From: an uncultured Alphaproteobacteria bacterium
GTDB lineage: Bacteria > Pseudomonadota > Alphaproteobacteria > ATCC43930 > CGMCC-115725
Direction: 5' to 3'
DNA: 64,000 nucleotides
Assembly: GCA_963790875.1 (NCBI GenBank)
Contig: CAWBQT010000008.1
Span: 295,792-359,791 of the forward strand
The notes beneath the pieces are model-generated. The model was given only the letters and a program-made list of their open reading frames with translations. It was not told the DNA's origin and searched no databases. Shown piece after piece: positions 52,329 through 62,085 of the stretch; within the stretch, counting starts at the first letter, position 1, and every line of letters starts with the position of its first letter. The position numbers and the translations under genes were made by a program.

Positions 52329-53594
52329 TCAAACGAAGGTACGGTTCGGACGGTTGCGGGCGGCTTCGGGTCCTCGGACCACGGCCATGCCTTTCCCGGC
52401 GACGCTCCGCCTGAGCGCGCTCTCGATCGGCCCCTGCGGCGATGCATCTTGCCGCCGGCGGGCGGCAGTCGCACCGAGCCCGAGCGTTCGGACGGGCCGC
52501 CGGATGAGCTTCTCGATGCCGCTCAGGTAGGGCCGCTCCTCGTCGCAGCAGAACGAGATTGCCGTCCCGGAGGCTCCGGCGCGCGCCGTCCGGCCGATCC
52601 GGTGGACATAATCTTCCGGCACATTCGGCAGTTCGAAGTTGATGACATGCGATACGTTCTCCACATCGATCCCGCGTGCGGCGATGTCGGTCGCGACCAG
52701 TACTCGGGTTCGGCCGGCGCGGAAGCCGGCGAGTGCCCGCTCGCGCTGCGGCTGCGATTTGTTGCCGTGAATTGCCGCAGCGTCGATGCCGGCGTCGCCG
52801 AGATGCCGCGCGACCCTGTCCGCGCCGTGCTTGGTCCGGGTGAAGACGAGCACTCGGGCGAGGGCGGGGTCCTCGAGCAGTTTCGCGAGCAGCGCCCGCT
52901 TCTCGGCGCTGGCGACGAAGACGACGCCCTGGTCGACGCTGGCAACGGTCGTCGCCGCCGGGGCGACGGCAACCGTGACCGGGTCGTCGAGATATTGCTC
53001 GGCGAGCGCGGCGATCGGCCGGGGCATGGTCGCCGAGAACAACAATGTCTGACGTCGCCGCGGCAACAGCTTGACGATGCGCCGCAGGGCGTTGATGAAG
53101 CCGAGGTCGAGCATGCGGTCGGCCTCGTCCAGAACCAGCACTTCAACCTGTGACAGCGAAAGGGACTTGCGGTCGATCAGGTCGAGCAGACGCCCCGGAG
53201 TTGCAACGAGGATGTCGAGCCCCGCGGCAAGCAGACGCTGCTGCGTTCCGATCGGCACGCCACCAAAGACGACCGCCGCGGCGAACCGCATGCCGCGGCC
53301 ATAGTTGCGAAAACTGTCGAGGATCTGGCTGGCCAGTTCGCGCGTCGGGGCGAGCACCAGCGCGCGGCAACGGCCCGACGTTGTTGCCCGCGGCATGTTG
53401 CCGAGACGCTGCAAAATCGGCAAGGCGAAGGCCGCGGTCTTCCCGGTCCCGGTCTGGGCGATGCCGCAGAGATCGCGACCGTCGAGGACCTGCGGGATGG
53501 CCTGGGTCTGAATCGGGGTGGGCGTCGTATAGCCCTGGGCGGCGAGGGCATTAAGGATCGGTGTTGTAAACCCGAAATCGGAAAAACTAGGCAA
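52329..53594 (-). CDS. rhlE: DEAD-box ATP-dependent RNA helicase (RhlE-like)
   Basis: Q motif GYTTPTPIQ, AQTGTGKT, VLDEADRMLDLGF, SAT, HRIGRTARAG. Confidence 0.93.
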   Translation of the reverse strand: MPSFSDFGFTTPILNALAAQGYTTPTPIQTQAIPQVLDGRDLCGIAQTGTGKTAAFALPILQRLGNMPRATTSGRCRALVLAPTRELASQILDSFRNYGRGMRFAAAVVFGGVPIGTQQRLLAAGLDILVATPGRLLDLIDRKSLSLSQVEVLVLDEADRMLDLGFINALRRIVKLLPRRRQTLLFSATMPRPIAALAEQYLDDPVTVAVAPAATTVASVDQGVVFVASAEKRALLAKLLEDPALARVLVFTRTKHGADRVARHLGDAGIDAAAIHGNKSQPQRERALAGFRAGRTRVLVATDIAARGIDVENVSHVINFELPNVPEDYVHRIGRTARAGASGTAISFCCDEERPYLSGIEKLIRRPVRTLGLGATAARRRQDASPQGPIESALRRSVAGKGMAVVRGPEAARNRPNRTFV

Positions 53595-53831
53595 GATTGG
53601 TGCCTCTTTAAGATTATTGGTTAAGATTATTGGGCGCCCGCGAGGCGCATACGAACCATTGCATGCGCGTCGCGGATCGGAAGCCGACCCGCGTCACGAG
53701 GGCTGTCGACGAATGCAAGGCCAAACCGAACCCAGTTCCCGCAGACGACTTCCTTGGCGAGAACGCTCAGGCGGGTTTGGTCACGTGGTTCGAGCGGAGC
53801 ACGAACCCTGCCGGCCCGGATTATCGCGGAA

Positions 53832-54026
53832 TTATCGCGGACCCAATTGGGTCTCCCGCGCCATCCGCTCGTGGCCGTCGGCGGCGTTTTTTAGCCGATA
53901 CTGAGGTGTGCTTCCCTCGGGCGGGAGCAGTCTGACGATCGTATAGCGGCCTCGGCTCGCCCGGTCGACGCCCGGTTCGGGAAAGAATTCGACCGCCTGG
54001 CCAACGCGGAATTTATGCTCCAACAT
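53832..54026 (-). CDS. small conserved hypothetical protein
   Basis: MLEHKFRVGQAVEFFPEPGVDRASRGRYTIVRLLPPEGSTPQYRLKNAADGHERMARETQL. Start chosen at the second Met of ORF 53832..54062. Confidence 0.5.
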   Translation of the reverse strand: MLEHKFRVGQAVEFFPEPGVDRASRGRYTIVRLLPPEGSTPQYRLKNAADGHERMARETQLGPR

Positions 54027-54099
54027 CCTGACCTCCAGAGAGCGTAGCACGGGCCCCGCCACCGGCGGCGCCTGTTCTTTGTATTATGCCGCTTTGGCG

Positions 54100-54179
54100 T
54101 TACCCGGCTCGGAGGTCGACCGCCGAGGTCGTGCTCTGCTCTTTTGCGCGTTAAACCGTTTCACGGTACCGATGGTCAT
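54100..54179 (-). pseudogene. cold-shock protein gene remnant with large internal deletion
   Basis: MTIGTVKRFNAQK (CSD N-terminus) joined directly, out of frame, to ...TTSAVDLRAG* (CSD C-terminus). About 45 codons are missing. Confidence 0.55.
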
Positions 54180-54591
54180 TGAGCTTCCTCAGGAAGAAAT
54201 CCTGCGCCAGCACCCTCGCCGGCTCAGATCACATTTCAATTTTGGGAAGCGCTGCTCGGTTTGCCCATGAGCATCCCGCATGGAGCCGTGCCCTGGTCGA
54301 AACACGATCCAGTCTAAATGGGGCTTAGAACGGGTGTGGTCAACGATTTGCTTTGCCGCCGCTGAGAAGCCGCTGCAGTCACGGCGCTTGCCACCAACCC
54401 TTTATCGTTGCCGCGGCGGCATGACGACGGCGTGGAAGCAGCGCCCGGCTGGACCGCGTGGCGGCGCTATGGCAATCCGCAAGGAGACGGTTCAGGCCGC
54501 GGCCGACAAAGCCTCCGACCGATCTCGGCGACGACAAGATGGGCGATAGCGGCAGAAGCCGCCGGCCGAAACCGGCGGTCTTGCCGGTGGC

Positions 54592-55290
54592 TCAGCGCGC
54601 CGCGAACTGGGTCGCCCCGAAATAGTTCTCGCGCTCTGCGTCGCTGATCTGCCCGCGCCGCTGATGCTCGGCCAGCACCGCGACGCCGCGCTGCACCGCC
54701 GGCCGAGCCGCCATCTCGTCGTGCCAGCGCTTGACCGACGGGTAGTTCGCGAGATCGATGTTGCGCCGCTCGGCGCCGCGGATCCACGGGAAGGTGATGA
54801 TGTCGGCCATGCTGTATTCGTCGCCGGCGAGCCACTGCGCCTCGGCGAGTCGATGCTCGAGTACCCGGTGCAGGCGCTTCACTTCGTTGGTATAGCGCTC
54901 GATCGCGTAGGGGATCTTTTCGACCGCGTAAGAGGCAAAGTGGTTCCATTGGCCGAACATCGGGCCGACGCCGCCCATCTGGAACATCATCCATTCGAGG
55001 CATTTGTATCGGCCGATCGGATCTTTCGGGATCAGCTTGCCGCCGTTCCGCTCCGACAGATAAATCAGGATCGCCGCCGATTCGAAGAGCGTGAACGGCT
55101 TGCCGCCCGGCCCGTCGGGATCGACGATCGCCGGAATCCGGTGGTTCGGCGTGATCTTCAGAAATTCTGGCTTGAACTGGTCGCCGGTGCCGATATTGAC
55201 CGGGATAACCTTGTATTGCAGGCCCAATTCTTCGAGCGCGATATGTACCTTGTGACCGTTCGGTGTCGGCCAGGTCCAAACTTCCAGCAT
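54592..55290 (-). CDS. yfcG: glutathione S-transferase, Nu class (YfcG-like)
   Basis: PTPNGHKVHIALEELGL...QFKPEFLKITPNHRIPAIVD...MFQMGGVGPMFGQWNHF...IPYAIERY aligns closely with E. coli YfcG as I remember it. Confidence 0.85.
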   Translation of the reverse strand: MLEVWTWPTPNGHKVHIALEELGLQYKVIPVNIGTGDQFKPEFLKITPNHRIPAIVDPDGPGGKPFTLFESAAILIYLSERNGGKLIPKDPIGRYKCLEWMMFQMGGVGPMFGQWNHFASYAVEKIPYAIERYTNEVKRLHRVLEHRLAEAQWLAGDEYSMADIITFPWIRGAERRNIDLANYPSVKRWHDEMAARPAVQRGVAVLAEHQRRGQISDAERENYFGATQFAAR

Positions 55291-55454
55291 CGTACATCCT
55301 CTCGCTTGCGGCAGGTTCCGGCATTCCGGGCCGGCGCGATGTTAATTAGGAAAGCAGGCAAGCCCGATCGAGTCGGAATACGGTTGGTCGGGCTGTTGTG
55401 TCGTCACCGTCGACCCGGTGTTCCCGCCCGTCCACATTCCGGTCTTGTGCCGGC

Positions 55455-55955
55455 TCAGCCGCGTTCGGGCAGATCCTCGGCCGCGAGGCGGCGCAGCGCC
55501 GCCTCGTCCCCGCCATAGCGCAGCCATTCGCCGAGAGGCGCCATGCCCAGGCGGTGATAGAAACTGCGCGCCGGGTTCCAATCGAGCACGTGAAAGTCGA
55601 TCCGGCCCCAGCCGCGCTCGACGGCGATCGCGGCGAGCCGTGCCATAAGCCGGCGGCCGACGCCCTGACCGCGCGCGCCTTCGACGACGTAAAGGTCTTC
55701 GAGATACAACCCCGGCCGGCCGAGCCAGGTCGAAAACCGCGTGTGGAACAGTGCGCAGCCGGCCGGATCGCCGTCGAGAAAGGCGAGCAACGCCTCGAAC
55801 TGAGGACGCGGTCCGAAACCGTGGCGGCGGAGATCCTCCTCGGTCGCGACGACCGCGGAGGGAGCCCGCTCATAGGCGGCGAGCGCGCGGATCAGCCGCA
55901 GCAGCAGACCCGCATCTGCCGGCGCGGCGAAGCGGATCGTGATTTCCCCGTTCAT
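55455..55955 (-). CDS. GNAT family N-acetyltransferase
   Basis: MNGEITIRFAAPADAGLLLRLIRALAAYE...LYLEDLYVVEGARGQGVGRRLMARLA. ATGA overlap with the upstream gene. Confidence 0.88.
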   Translation of the reverse strand: MNGEITIRFAAPADAGLLLRLIRALAAYERAPSAVVATEEDLRRHGFGPRPQFEALLAFLDGDPAGCALFHTRFSTWLGRPGLYLEDLYVVEGARGQGVGRRLMARLAAIAVERGWGRIDFHVLDWNPARSFYHRLGMAPLGEWLRYGGDEAALRRLAAEDLPERG

Positions 55956-56734
55956 CTTTCGCGCCAGTCGCGCCGGCCGCTGCCAGGCGGCCCGAAATCG
56001 CGCGGCGTGAGCCCGGCATGAAACCAGGCGACAAAGGCATAGATGTCGAAGACCGGCAGCCGCAGCCTTTCGGCAAGGGCGCGGGCATAGGGCGCCATAT
56101 TGGTGCATTCGAGGACGACGGCGCCGATATCGGCATGGCGCGCGACGAGCGCGTCGCCGGCCTCGAAGATGTCTTGCTCGGCGGCGGCGACGTCGAGCCG
56201 CTCTTCGTTGCCGAGCATGACGCGCGTGAATTCGCGGCCGCCTTCGGTGCCGACGACCGGGGTCCGCGGATCGGCGCCGGCGGCGACGAGGTGCTCGGCG
56301 CCGAGGCTTTGGGCATTGACGGTCAAGACGCCGACCCGTTTACCGGGCGGCAACAGGCGCTCGACGAACGGGATCTGCATCAGGCTCGATGTCGCGACCG
56401 GCACGCCGGCATGCGCGGCGATTTCCCGCTGGAACAGAGACAGAAAGCCGCAATTCGTCGTGATGCCGTCGGCGCCCAGGCGCACGAGTTCGGCAGCGGC
56501 GTCAAGAAACCGGTCGAGAAGCCCCACCGCCCGCTCGCGCACCACCCGATGCGGCGTGGCGTCGGGCACGATCCGGTACAAGACCGGAAATGGCCAGGTA
56601 GCGGCGTTGCCCATATCGCCCGGGATGCGGGGAAACCGCGCCTCCAGCATCAGGATGCCGAGCCGCGCGCCATAGACAGGCTTGCCACCCCAGGCGATGC
56701 GCCCGGCTACCCCTGCTTGCGGCCTCTCGTTCAT
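55952..56734 (-). CDS. aspartate/glutamate racemase family protein
   Basis: GILMLEARFPRIPGDMGNA...ITTNCGFLS...VVLECTNM (paired Cys motifs). Start at MNERPQ. Confidence 0.75.
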   Translation of the reverse strand: MNERPQAGVAGRIAWGGKPVYGARLGILMLEARFPRIPGDMGNAATWPFPVLYRIVPDATPHRVVRERAVGLLDRFLDAAAELVRLGADGITTNCGFLSLFQREIAAHAGVPVATSSLMQIPFVERLLPPGKRVGVLTVNAQSLGAEHLVAAGADPRTPVVGTEGGREFTRVMLGNEERLDVAAAEQDIFEAGDALVARHADIGAVVLECTNMAPYARALAERLRLPVFDIYAFVAWFHAGLTPRDFGPPGSGRRDWRER

Positions 56735-56807
56735 CGATATTCCTGCGCCGGGCCTCACGCGATAGCTTAGCGCCGTGTCACGACCGGAACAACGCGTGGA
56801 GGCGAAG

Positions 56808-57293
56808 ATGGCCGAAGAGACGATGAAACCGGTGGCGATCGAGGCCGCCTCTGTGCCGGCGGCGCGGCCCGGCCGCGGCTACCCCGAACCGTTTGCGGCG
56901 CGGGTCGCCGGCCGGGCGCGACGCGCCCTCGGCGACCTCTTCGGGCTCACCCAGTTCGGGGTCAACCTGACCCGATTGCCGCCCGGCGGCATGTCGGCGC
57001 TGCGCCACACCCACAGCCGCGAGGACGAGTTCGTCTACATCCTCGAAGGCGAGCCGGTGCTGGTGACGAATGCCGGCGAAACGCCGCTACGGCCCGGCAT
57101 GTGTGCCGGCTTCAAGGCCGGCTCGGGCGATGCGCATCATCTCCTGAACCGCACCGCAGCCGCGGTCGCCTATCTTGAGATCGGCAGCCGCAACCCCGGC
57201 GATACCGTGATCTATCCCGACGACGACATCGGCCGGGGGCTCTCAGCCGACGGCACGCGCGTCTTCGTGCACCGCGACGGGTCGCCCTACTGA
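56808..57293 (+). CDS. cupin domain protein
   Basis: LPPGGMSALRHTHSREDEFVYILEGEPVL...GFKAGSGDAHHLLN. Confidence 0.8.
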   Translation: MAEETMKPVAIEAASVPAARPGRGYPEPFAARVAGRARRALGDLFGLTQFGVNLTRLPPGGMSALRHTHSREDEFVYILEGEPVLVTNAGETPLRPGMCAGFKAGSGDAHHLLNRTAAAVAYLEIGSRNPGDTVIYPDDDIGRGLSADGTRVFVHRDGSPY

Positions 57294-57305
57294 GGGCGCC
57301 GCGGG

Positions 57306-58643
57306 CTATTCGCGTTCGAGCCCGGCGCCATGCGCGAGTTCGGCGTAGAAGTGGTACGAATCCTTGGGCCGCCGTTCGAGCGTCGCATAGTCGACGTGGA
57401 CGAGGCCGAACCGCTTCGCGTAGCCGAAGGTCCATTCGAAATTGTCGATCAGCGACCATACGAAATAGCCGCCTACCTTGACTCCCGTGGCCAGAGCGTC
57501 GAGCACGGCGCCGAGATATTGACGCAGATACTGGATGCGATCGGCGTCGTGGGTCCGGCCATCCGCGTCGACGGTATCGGCAAAAGCCGCGCCGTTTTCG
57601 AGGATGTAGACCGGCAGATCGCCGCTGTAGCGCTCCTTCACCTCCAATAACACGGCATAGAGGGCCTCTGGGGCGATCTCCCAGCCCATGTCGGTGACTC
57701 TGGCGCCGGGCGGCGGCGGCAGCGTGCCGACCTTGAACGGGTGCTCGGGGTCACGGCGGACCCGCGTCCGCGTGTAGTGGTTGAAGGCGAAATAATCGAG
57801 CGGCTGCTTGATGATGTCGAGGTCGCCCGGCTGCACCAGCGGCTCGATCTCGGCGGAAAGCGGTTCCGGGTAATGCCCGAGCAGCTGCGGCTCGGGGAAG
57901 GAGCGGTTCCACAGCGCATCGAGCATCTGCGCGGCGATCTCGTCTTCCTCGCGCTCGCTCGCCGGCTCGCGCGGATGAAAATTGTAGATGTCGCTGATCA
58001 GGAGGCCGGTCCGCTCGGCGCGCATCGCCGCGACCCCCAGTCCATGCGCCAGGTTCATGACGTGAATCGCCGCCAGTGCGCTTCCCCGGCCGCGGATGCC
58101 AGGGGCGTGCCGGCCCTCGCCATAGCCGAGGACGGCGGCGGCATTGGGTTCGTTGAAGGTCGCCCAGTGCGTGATCCGGTCGCCGAGCCGCCGCACGATC
58201 AGCGCGGCATATTCGGCGAACCAATAGGCGGTGTCCCAATTCTGCCAGCCGCCGCGATATTCGAGCGCCTGCGGCAGGTCCCAATGATAGAGGCAGATCC
58301 AGGGCTCGATGCCGGCCTCCATCACGGCATCGACGAGGCGGTCATAGAATTCGAAGCCCTTGTCGTTCGCCGGGCCGCGGCCCTCGGGCAACAGGCGCGG
58401 CCAGGCCGTCGACAGGCGGTAGGCGCCGAGGCCGAGTTCGCGCATCAGCGCCACGTCCTCGGGCCACCGATGATAATGGTCGCAGGCGGTGTCGCCGGTC
58501 TCTTCGCCCTCGATCGTGCCGGGCAGACCGCAAAAGACGTCCCAGATCGACGCGCCGCGTCCGTCCTCGCGGGTCGCTCCCTCGATCTGATAGGCCGCGG
58601 TCGACGCGCCCCACAGAAAGCCGTCGGGAAATGCTTCCGCCAT
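57306..58643 (-). CDS. GH1 beta-glucosidase
   Basis: FLWGASTAAYQIEGA, TFNEP (acid/base) and ILENGAAF (nucleophile). Start at MAEAFPDG. Confidence 0.92.
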   Translation of the reverse strand: MAEAFPDGFLWGASTAAYQIEGATREDGRGASIWDVFCGLPGTIEGEETGDTACDHYHRWPEDVALMRELGLGAYRLSTAWPRLLPEGRGPANDKGFEFYDRLVDAVMEAGIEPWICLYHWDLPQALEYRGGWQNWDTAYWFAEYAALIVRRLGDRITHWATFNEPNAAAVLGYGEGRHAPGIRGRGSALAAIHVMNLAHGLGVAAMRAERTGLLISDIYNFHPREPASEREEDEIAAQMLDALWNRSFPEPQLLGHYPEPLSAEIEPLVQPGDLDIIKQPLDYFAFNHYTRTRVRRDPEHPFKVGTLPPPPGARVTDMGWEIAPEALYAVLLEVKERYSGDLPVYILENGAAFADTVDADGRTHDADRIQYLRQYLGAVLDALATGVKVGGYFVWSLIDNFEWTFGYAKRFGLVHVDYATLERRPKDSYHFYAELAHGAGLERE

Positions 58644-58809
58644 CCTGCCGCCTCGCCCGCCGCAGCGAACAAAAGGGTTGCGGGTGCGATTCGGCCATGG
58701 AGGCAAATCATCCGCCGGCATCGCGCCCGGTGTGCGGCCCGTATGATGCCGGGCGGGCCGGTCTTGCGCCAGCGCTGCACCCTCCGCCGAAAAAAGAAAT
58801 TGCCGGTTG

Positions 58810-58824
58810 GAACAAATCATGTAC
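58810..58824 (+). promoter_or_regulatory. candidate alphaproteobacterial SOS (LexA) box, one mismatch
   Basis: GAAC-AAATCAT-GTAC lies ~60 nt upstream of recA. The consensus direct repeat is GAAC-N7-GAAC (GTTC-N7-GTTC on the other strand). Confidence 0.35.
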
Positions 58825-58882
58825 ATTGGCTGCCGGCGCGCGTTGCGCGCGAAGAGCGGCTGTGGAATAAGGAGCACCGATC

Positions 58883-59950
58883 ATGCAGAGCGCGTTGCGC
58901 CTGTTGGACAAGGATCAGATGGACAAGCAGCGCGCCTTGGACGCCGCACTCGGCCAGATCGAGCGCGCCTTCGGCAAGGGCTCGATCATGAAGCTCGGCT
59001 CGCGCGAGGCCGCGACCGAAAGCGAGGTGATCCCGACCGGCTCGCTCGGCCTCGACATCGCGCTCGGCATCGGCGGCCTGCCGCGCGGCCGCATCGTCGA
59101 GATCTACGGGCCGGAAAGCTCGGGCAAGACGACCCTGGCCTTGCACTGCATCGCCGAGGGCCAGCGCGGCGGCGGCACCTGCGCCTTCATCGATGCCGAG
59201 CACGCGCTCGACCCGGCCTATGCAAAGAAGCTCGGCGTCAATGTCGACGATCTCTTGATCTCGCAGCCCGATGCCGGCGAGCAGGCGCTCGAGATTGCCG
59301 ACACGCTCGTCCGCTCCGGGGCGATCGACGTGCTCGTCATCGATTCGGTCGCGGCCCTCGTGCCGCGGGCCGAACTCGAAGGCGAGATGGGCGACTTGCA
59401 TATGGGATTGCAGGCCCGGCTGATGAGCCAAGCGCTGCGCAAGCTGACCGGCTCGATCTCGCGGTCGCGGACGATCGTCGTGTTCATCAACCAGATCCGC
59501 TACAAGATCGGCGTGATGTTCGGCAATCCCGAGACCACGACCGGCGGCAACGCGCTCAAATTCTATGCCTCGGTCCGCCTCGACATCCGCCGCATCGGCG
59601 CCATCAAGGAGCGCGACCAGGTGACCGGCAACCAGACCCGCGTCAAGGTCGTCAAGAACAAGATGGCGCCGCCGTTCAAGGTCGTCGATTTCGACATCAT
59701 GTATGGCGAAGGCATTTCAAAGCGCGGCGAATTGATCGATCTCGGCGTTCAGGCCGGGGTCGTCGAAAAGTCGGGCTCGTGGTTCTCCTATGACGGCCAG
59801 CGCATCGGCCAGGGCCGCGAGAACGCCAAAACTTATCTGCGCGAGCATGGCGAGGTCGCCGACCTGCTCGAACGCGCGATCCGCGGCAATGCCGGGCTCG
59901 TCGCCGAGGCGATGATGGCCGCCCCCGGCGACATGGCGGCCGACGAATAG
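58883..59950 (+). CDS. recA: recombinase RecA
   Basis: [41 protein letters not shown]. aaggag RBS 8 nt upstream. Confidence 0.97.
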   Translation: MQSALRLLDKDQMDKQRALDAALGQIERAFGKGSIMKLGSREAATESEVIPTGSLGLDIALGIGGLPRGRIVEIYGPESSGKTTLALHCIAEGQRGGGTCAFIDAEHALDPAYAKKLGVNVDDLLISQPDAGEQALEIADTLVRSGAIDVLVIDSVAALVPRAELEGEMGDLHMGLQARLMSQALRKLTGSISRSRTIVVFINQIRYKIGVMFGNPETTTGGNALKFYASVRLDIRRIGAIKERDQVTGNQTRVKVVKNKMAPPFKVVDFDIMYGEGISKRGELIDLGVQAGVVEKSGSWFSYDGQRIGQGRENAKTYLREHGEVADLLERAIRGNAGLVAEAMMAAPGDMAADE

Positions 59951-60004
59951 AGCGCGGCTCGACAGCGTGCCGCCCGCTGTTCTATAACCTCCGCCCGCCG
60001 GAGC

Positions 60005-60080
<76 letters not shown>

Positions 60081-60720
60081 CCCCTTTAGGGAAATATATC
60101 AATTAGTTAACTTCCAGGATGGCCGGCCCAAGCGGCCTTTTTCGTGTCACATGTGTCGCAAGCGCTCCCTTGGTTTTCTGCGGGTTTCCAAGGGATCCCA
60201 AACATTCCATGCAACATGATTGCGACATGCGCCGGGCGCGCAGCGGCGTAAAAATCCTCGCCAAAACGGAGCGGATGGATCGCACGGAGCACCTCGATCG
60301 GCCGCTCCCCACCGAGCGATCAGTTCGAACCGAACGATGACGAGCCTGGCCGCAGCGACGGCGCCCAACAACGAGGTTTGCGCGACCTCCCAGCGGATCG
60401 GTAACCTGGCGAGCTGGGCCTTGATGAAATCGAGATCGTCCTCGATCGCGGCGAAGTCAGCGCGCCTGGTGAGTGGGTCCGGCATGCGGACATTGTGCCG
60501 CAGGGACGGTAAACCCGGCGCCAAAGGCGAGAGAGGGGCCGGCCGCGCCCGCAGAACCTTGAGGCAAGCGCGACGGCGGAGGCGCTGCAGGCGATCTGTG
60601 ACCTCGATCTATCAGATCTTGAGAGCGTGGAGCCGCTGCGGCTTTGGTCGCGACTGACACAAAGCAAGCTCGTTCTTTCCGCCCTTTGCGCAACGAAACA
60701 CAAGATATAGATTTCGGCGC

Positions 60721-61155
60721 ATGATTAGGCGAGGCCGCGTCAAGGATGCGCCGGTCGTTCACGCCATATTGCTGGCGGCGGCTGATGATATCCCTTTGGC
60801 AGCCAACTTTGCCGATCAAGCTCACAATGATTGGGTGCGCGGGGAGTGCCGACAACGGCACGTTTGGCTTGATGAGCGCGACGGCGGCGTGGCGGGCGTC
60901 ATGGTTATGCGCGTGACCGAGATTTTTTATCTGGTCACCGCGTCTGAATTTCGCGGGCAGGGCGTGGCTTCTAGTCTCATAGACCATGCAATATCGGACG
61001 TGCAACGCTGTTACCGCGTCGGTGTTACTGCAAAGGTGCGTGAGAAAAACATACCTATTGTTCGGCTGTTACTGAAGAAGGGGTTTTATCGGCACCCGAT
61101 CTTGCAATCCGCATTCCCGAATTGGACCATTTTTGCTTTCGGCAACGTGCGTTAG
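60721..61155 (+). CDS. GNAT family N-acetyltransferase (small, 144 aa)
   Basis: YLVTASEFRGQGVASSLIDHA (acetyl-CoA Q/RxxGxG/A motif) and KKGF. Confidence 0.7.
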   Translation: MIRRGRVKDAPVVHAILLAAADDIPLAANFADQAHNDWVRGECRQRHVWLDERDGGVAGVMVMRVTEIFYLVTASEFRGQGVASSLIDHAISDVQRCYRVGVTAKVREKNIPIVRLLLKKGFYRHPILQSAFPNWTIFAFGNVR

Positions 61156-61254
61156 CATTTTAGGCGACTTCGGCTGGCAGGAACAGGAACGTAAGGGGGA
61201 AGGTTTCACACATCCGTCGCGGATGATTTCCGGAGTGTGCTAATATTTCGGCGC

Positions 61255-62082
61255 ATGAGCGATACTAAGCCTGTGACCCCAGAGCGAGAAGCGGGACGCA
61301 CAGAAACGCCAAATATCGACACACTCGCACGCAACATCTCAAAGTGGATAGTGATCAATACCTCATCAATAGAATTTAAAAAATTTAAGAGGCGGCAAAT
61401 GCGTTACGCATTGTCTGAGGAATGGGAACGCCGTCTTGGGCTTTTTGCTGACACTCCAGAGGAGTTTATTTTTCCAAAAGAGATAGATATGCAACATGAT
61501 GTGATAATGGCTTATTTTGGCCTACGACAAGCGCACAATATGCTGTCTCAGTGCGAATATTACTTTCGACGTTTCCCTTTCCGTGGCACACCGGTTTCGA
61601 GAGATGATCATGCCCGGAACGTATGCGAGTTTTATTTTGGCTATTTTTACATAATACGGAGTCGGTTAAAGGAAACACTCAATAAGCTAAAAATTGCGTG
61701 TCCCAATAGCATTGATGTAGGGAAATGGCTACGCCTCTTTGATAAGACGTTTCAGCCAGAGCTTCGCACACGCAACAGAGTTCATCATCACACGCCGTTT
61801 GAGGACATCGGATTAGATCGCATTTTGTTACCTAGACTTCTGGCATCAGGCGAAGAAGTTGGTAGTAAGAACTGGGAACGACAGCATTTGTCAGCATACC
61901 GCGCATTTTCTAGGGAGTGGGGCCTGCGCGCGCGAGAGCGGGCACGTGCTGTCGAGATCATTATTGAGGGGGTATCGGCCGCAATCCTGAGAGTCGCACC
62001 GTTTTTGCAGTTTCCACAAACCGCCCCCTTGCGCGACCTCGACATTTCTTGCCCGCCGGACCAAGGCTTAGACTTCCCGTAA
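61255..62082 (+). CDS. hypothetical protein with R-N-x-x-x-H (HEPN-like) motif
   Basis: 275-aa ORF, ~45% GC. Contains ...FQPELRTRNRVHHHTPFED... No family recognised by eye. Confidence 0.6.
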   Translation: MSDTKPVTPEREAGRTETPNIDTLARNISKWIVINTSSIEFKKFKRRQMRYALSEEWERRLGLFADTPEEFIFPKEIDMQHDVIMAYFGLRQAHNMLSQCEYYFRRFPFRGTPVSRDDHARNVCEFYFGYFYIIRSRLKETLNKLKIACPNSIDVGKWLRLFDKTFQPELRTRNRVHHHTPFEDIGLDRILLPRLLASGEEVGSKNWERQHLSAYRAFSREWGLRARERARAVEIIIEGVSAAILRVAPFLQFPQTAPLRDLDISCPPDQGLDFP

Positions 62083-62085
62083 GAT

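Noticed and set aside
60121-60146. Weak hairpin plus T-run (ggccg-gcccaag-cggcc-ttttt) after tRNA-Phe as a terminator
   Set aside because: The stem is only 5 bp. It is plausible but too weak to list as a feature.
60147-60657. Minus-strand ORF 60147-60524 (MPDPLTRRADFAAIEDDLDFIKAQLARLP...) and a plus-strand tail ...DLSDLESVEPLR(G)FGRD* as island genes or an integrase remnant
   Set aside because: The first 55 residues of the minus ORF look protein-like, but the remainder is low complexity. The plus-strand piece is only a ~30-aa C-terminal-like fragment that I cannot assign. Neither resembles a tyrosine integrase, so both were left unannotated.
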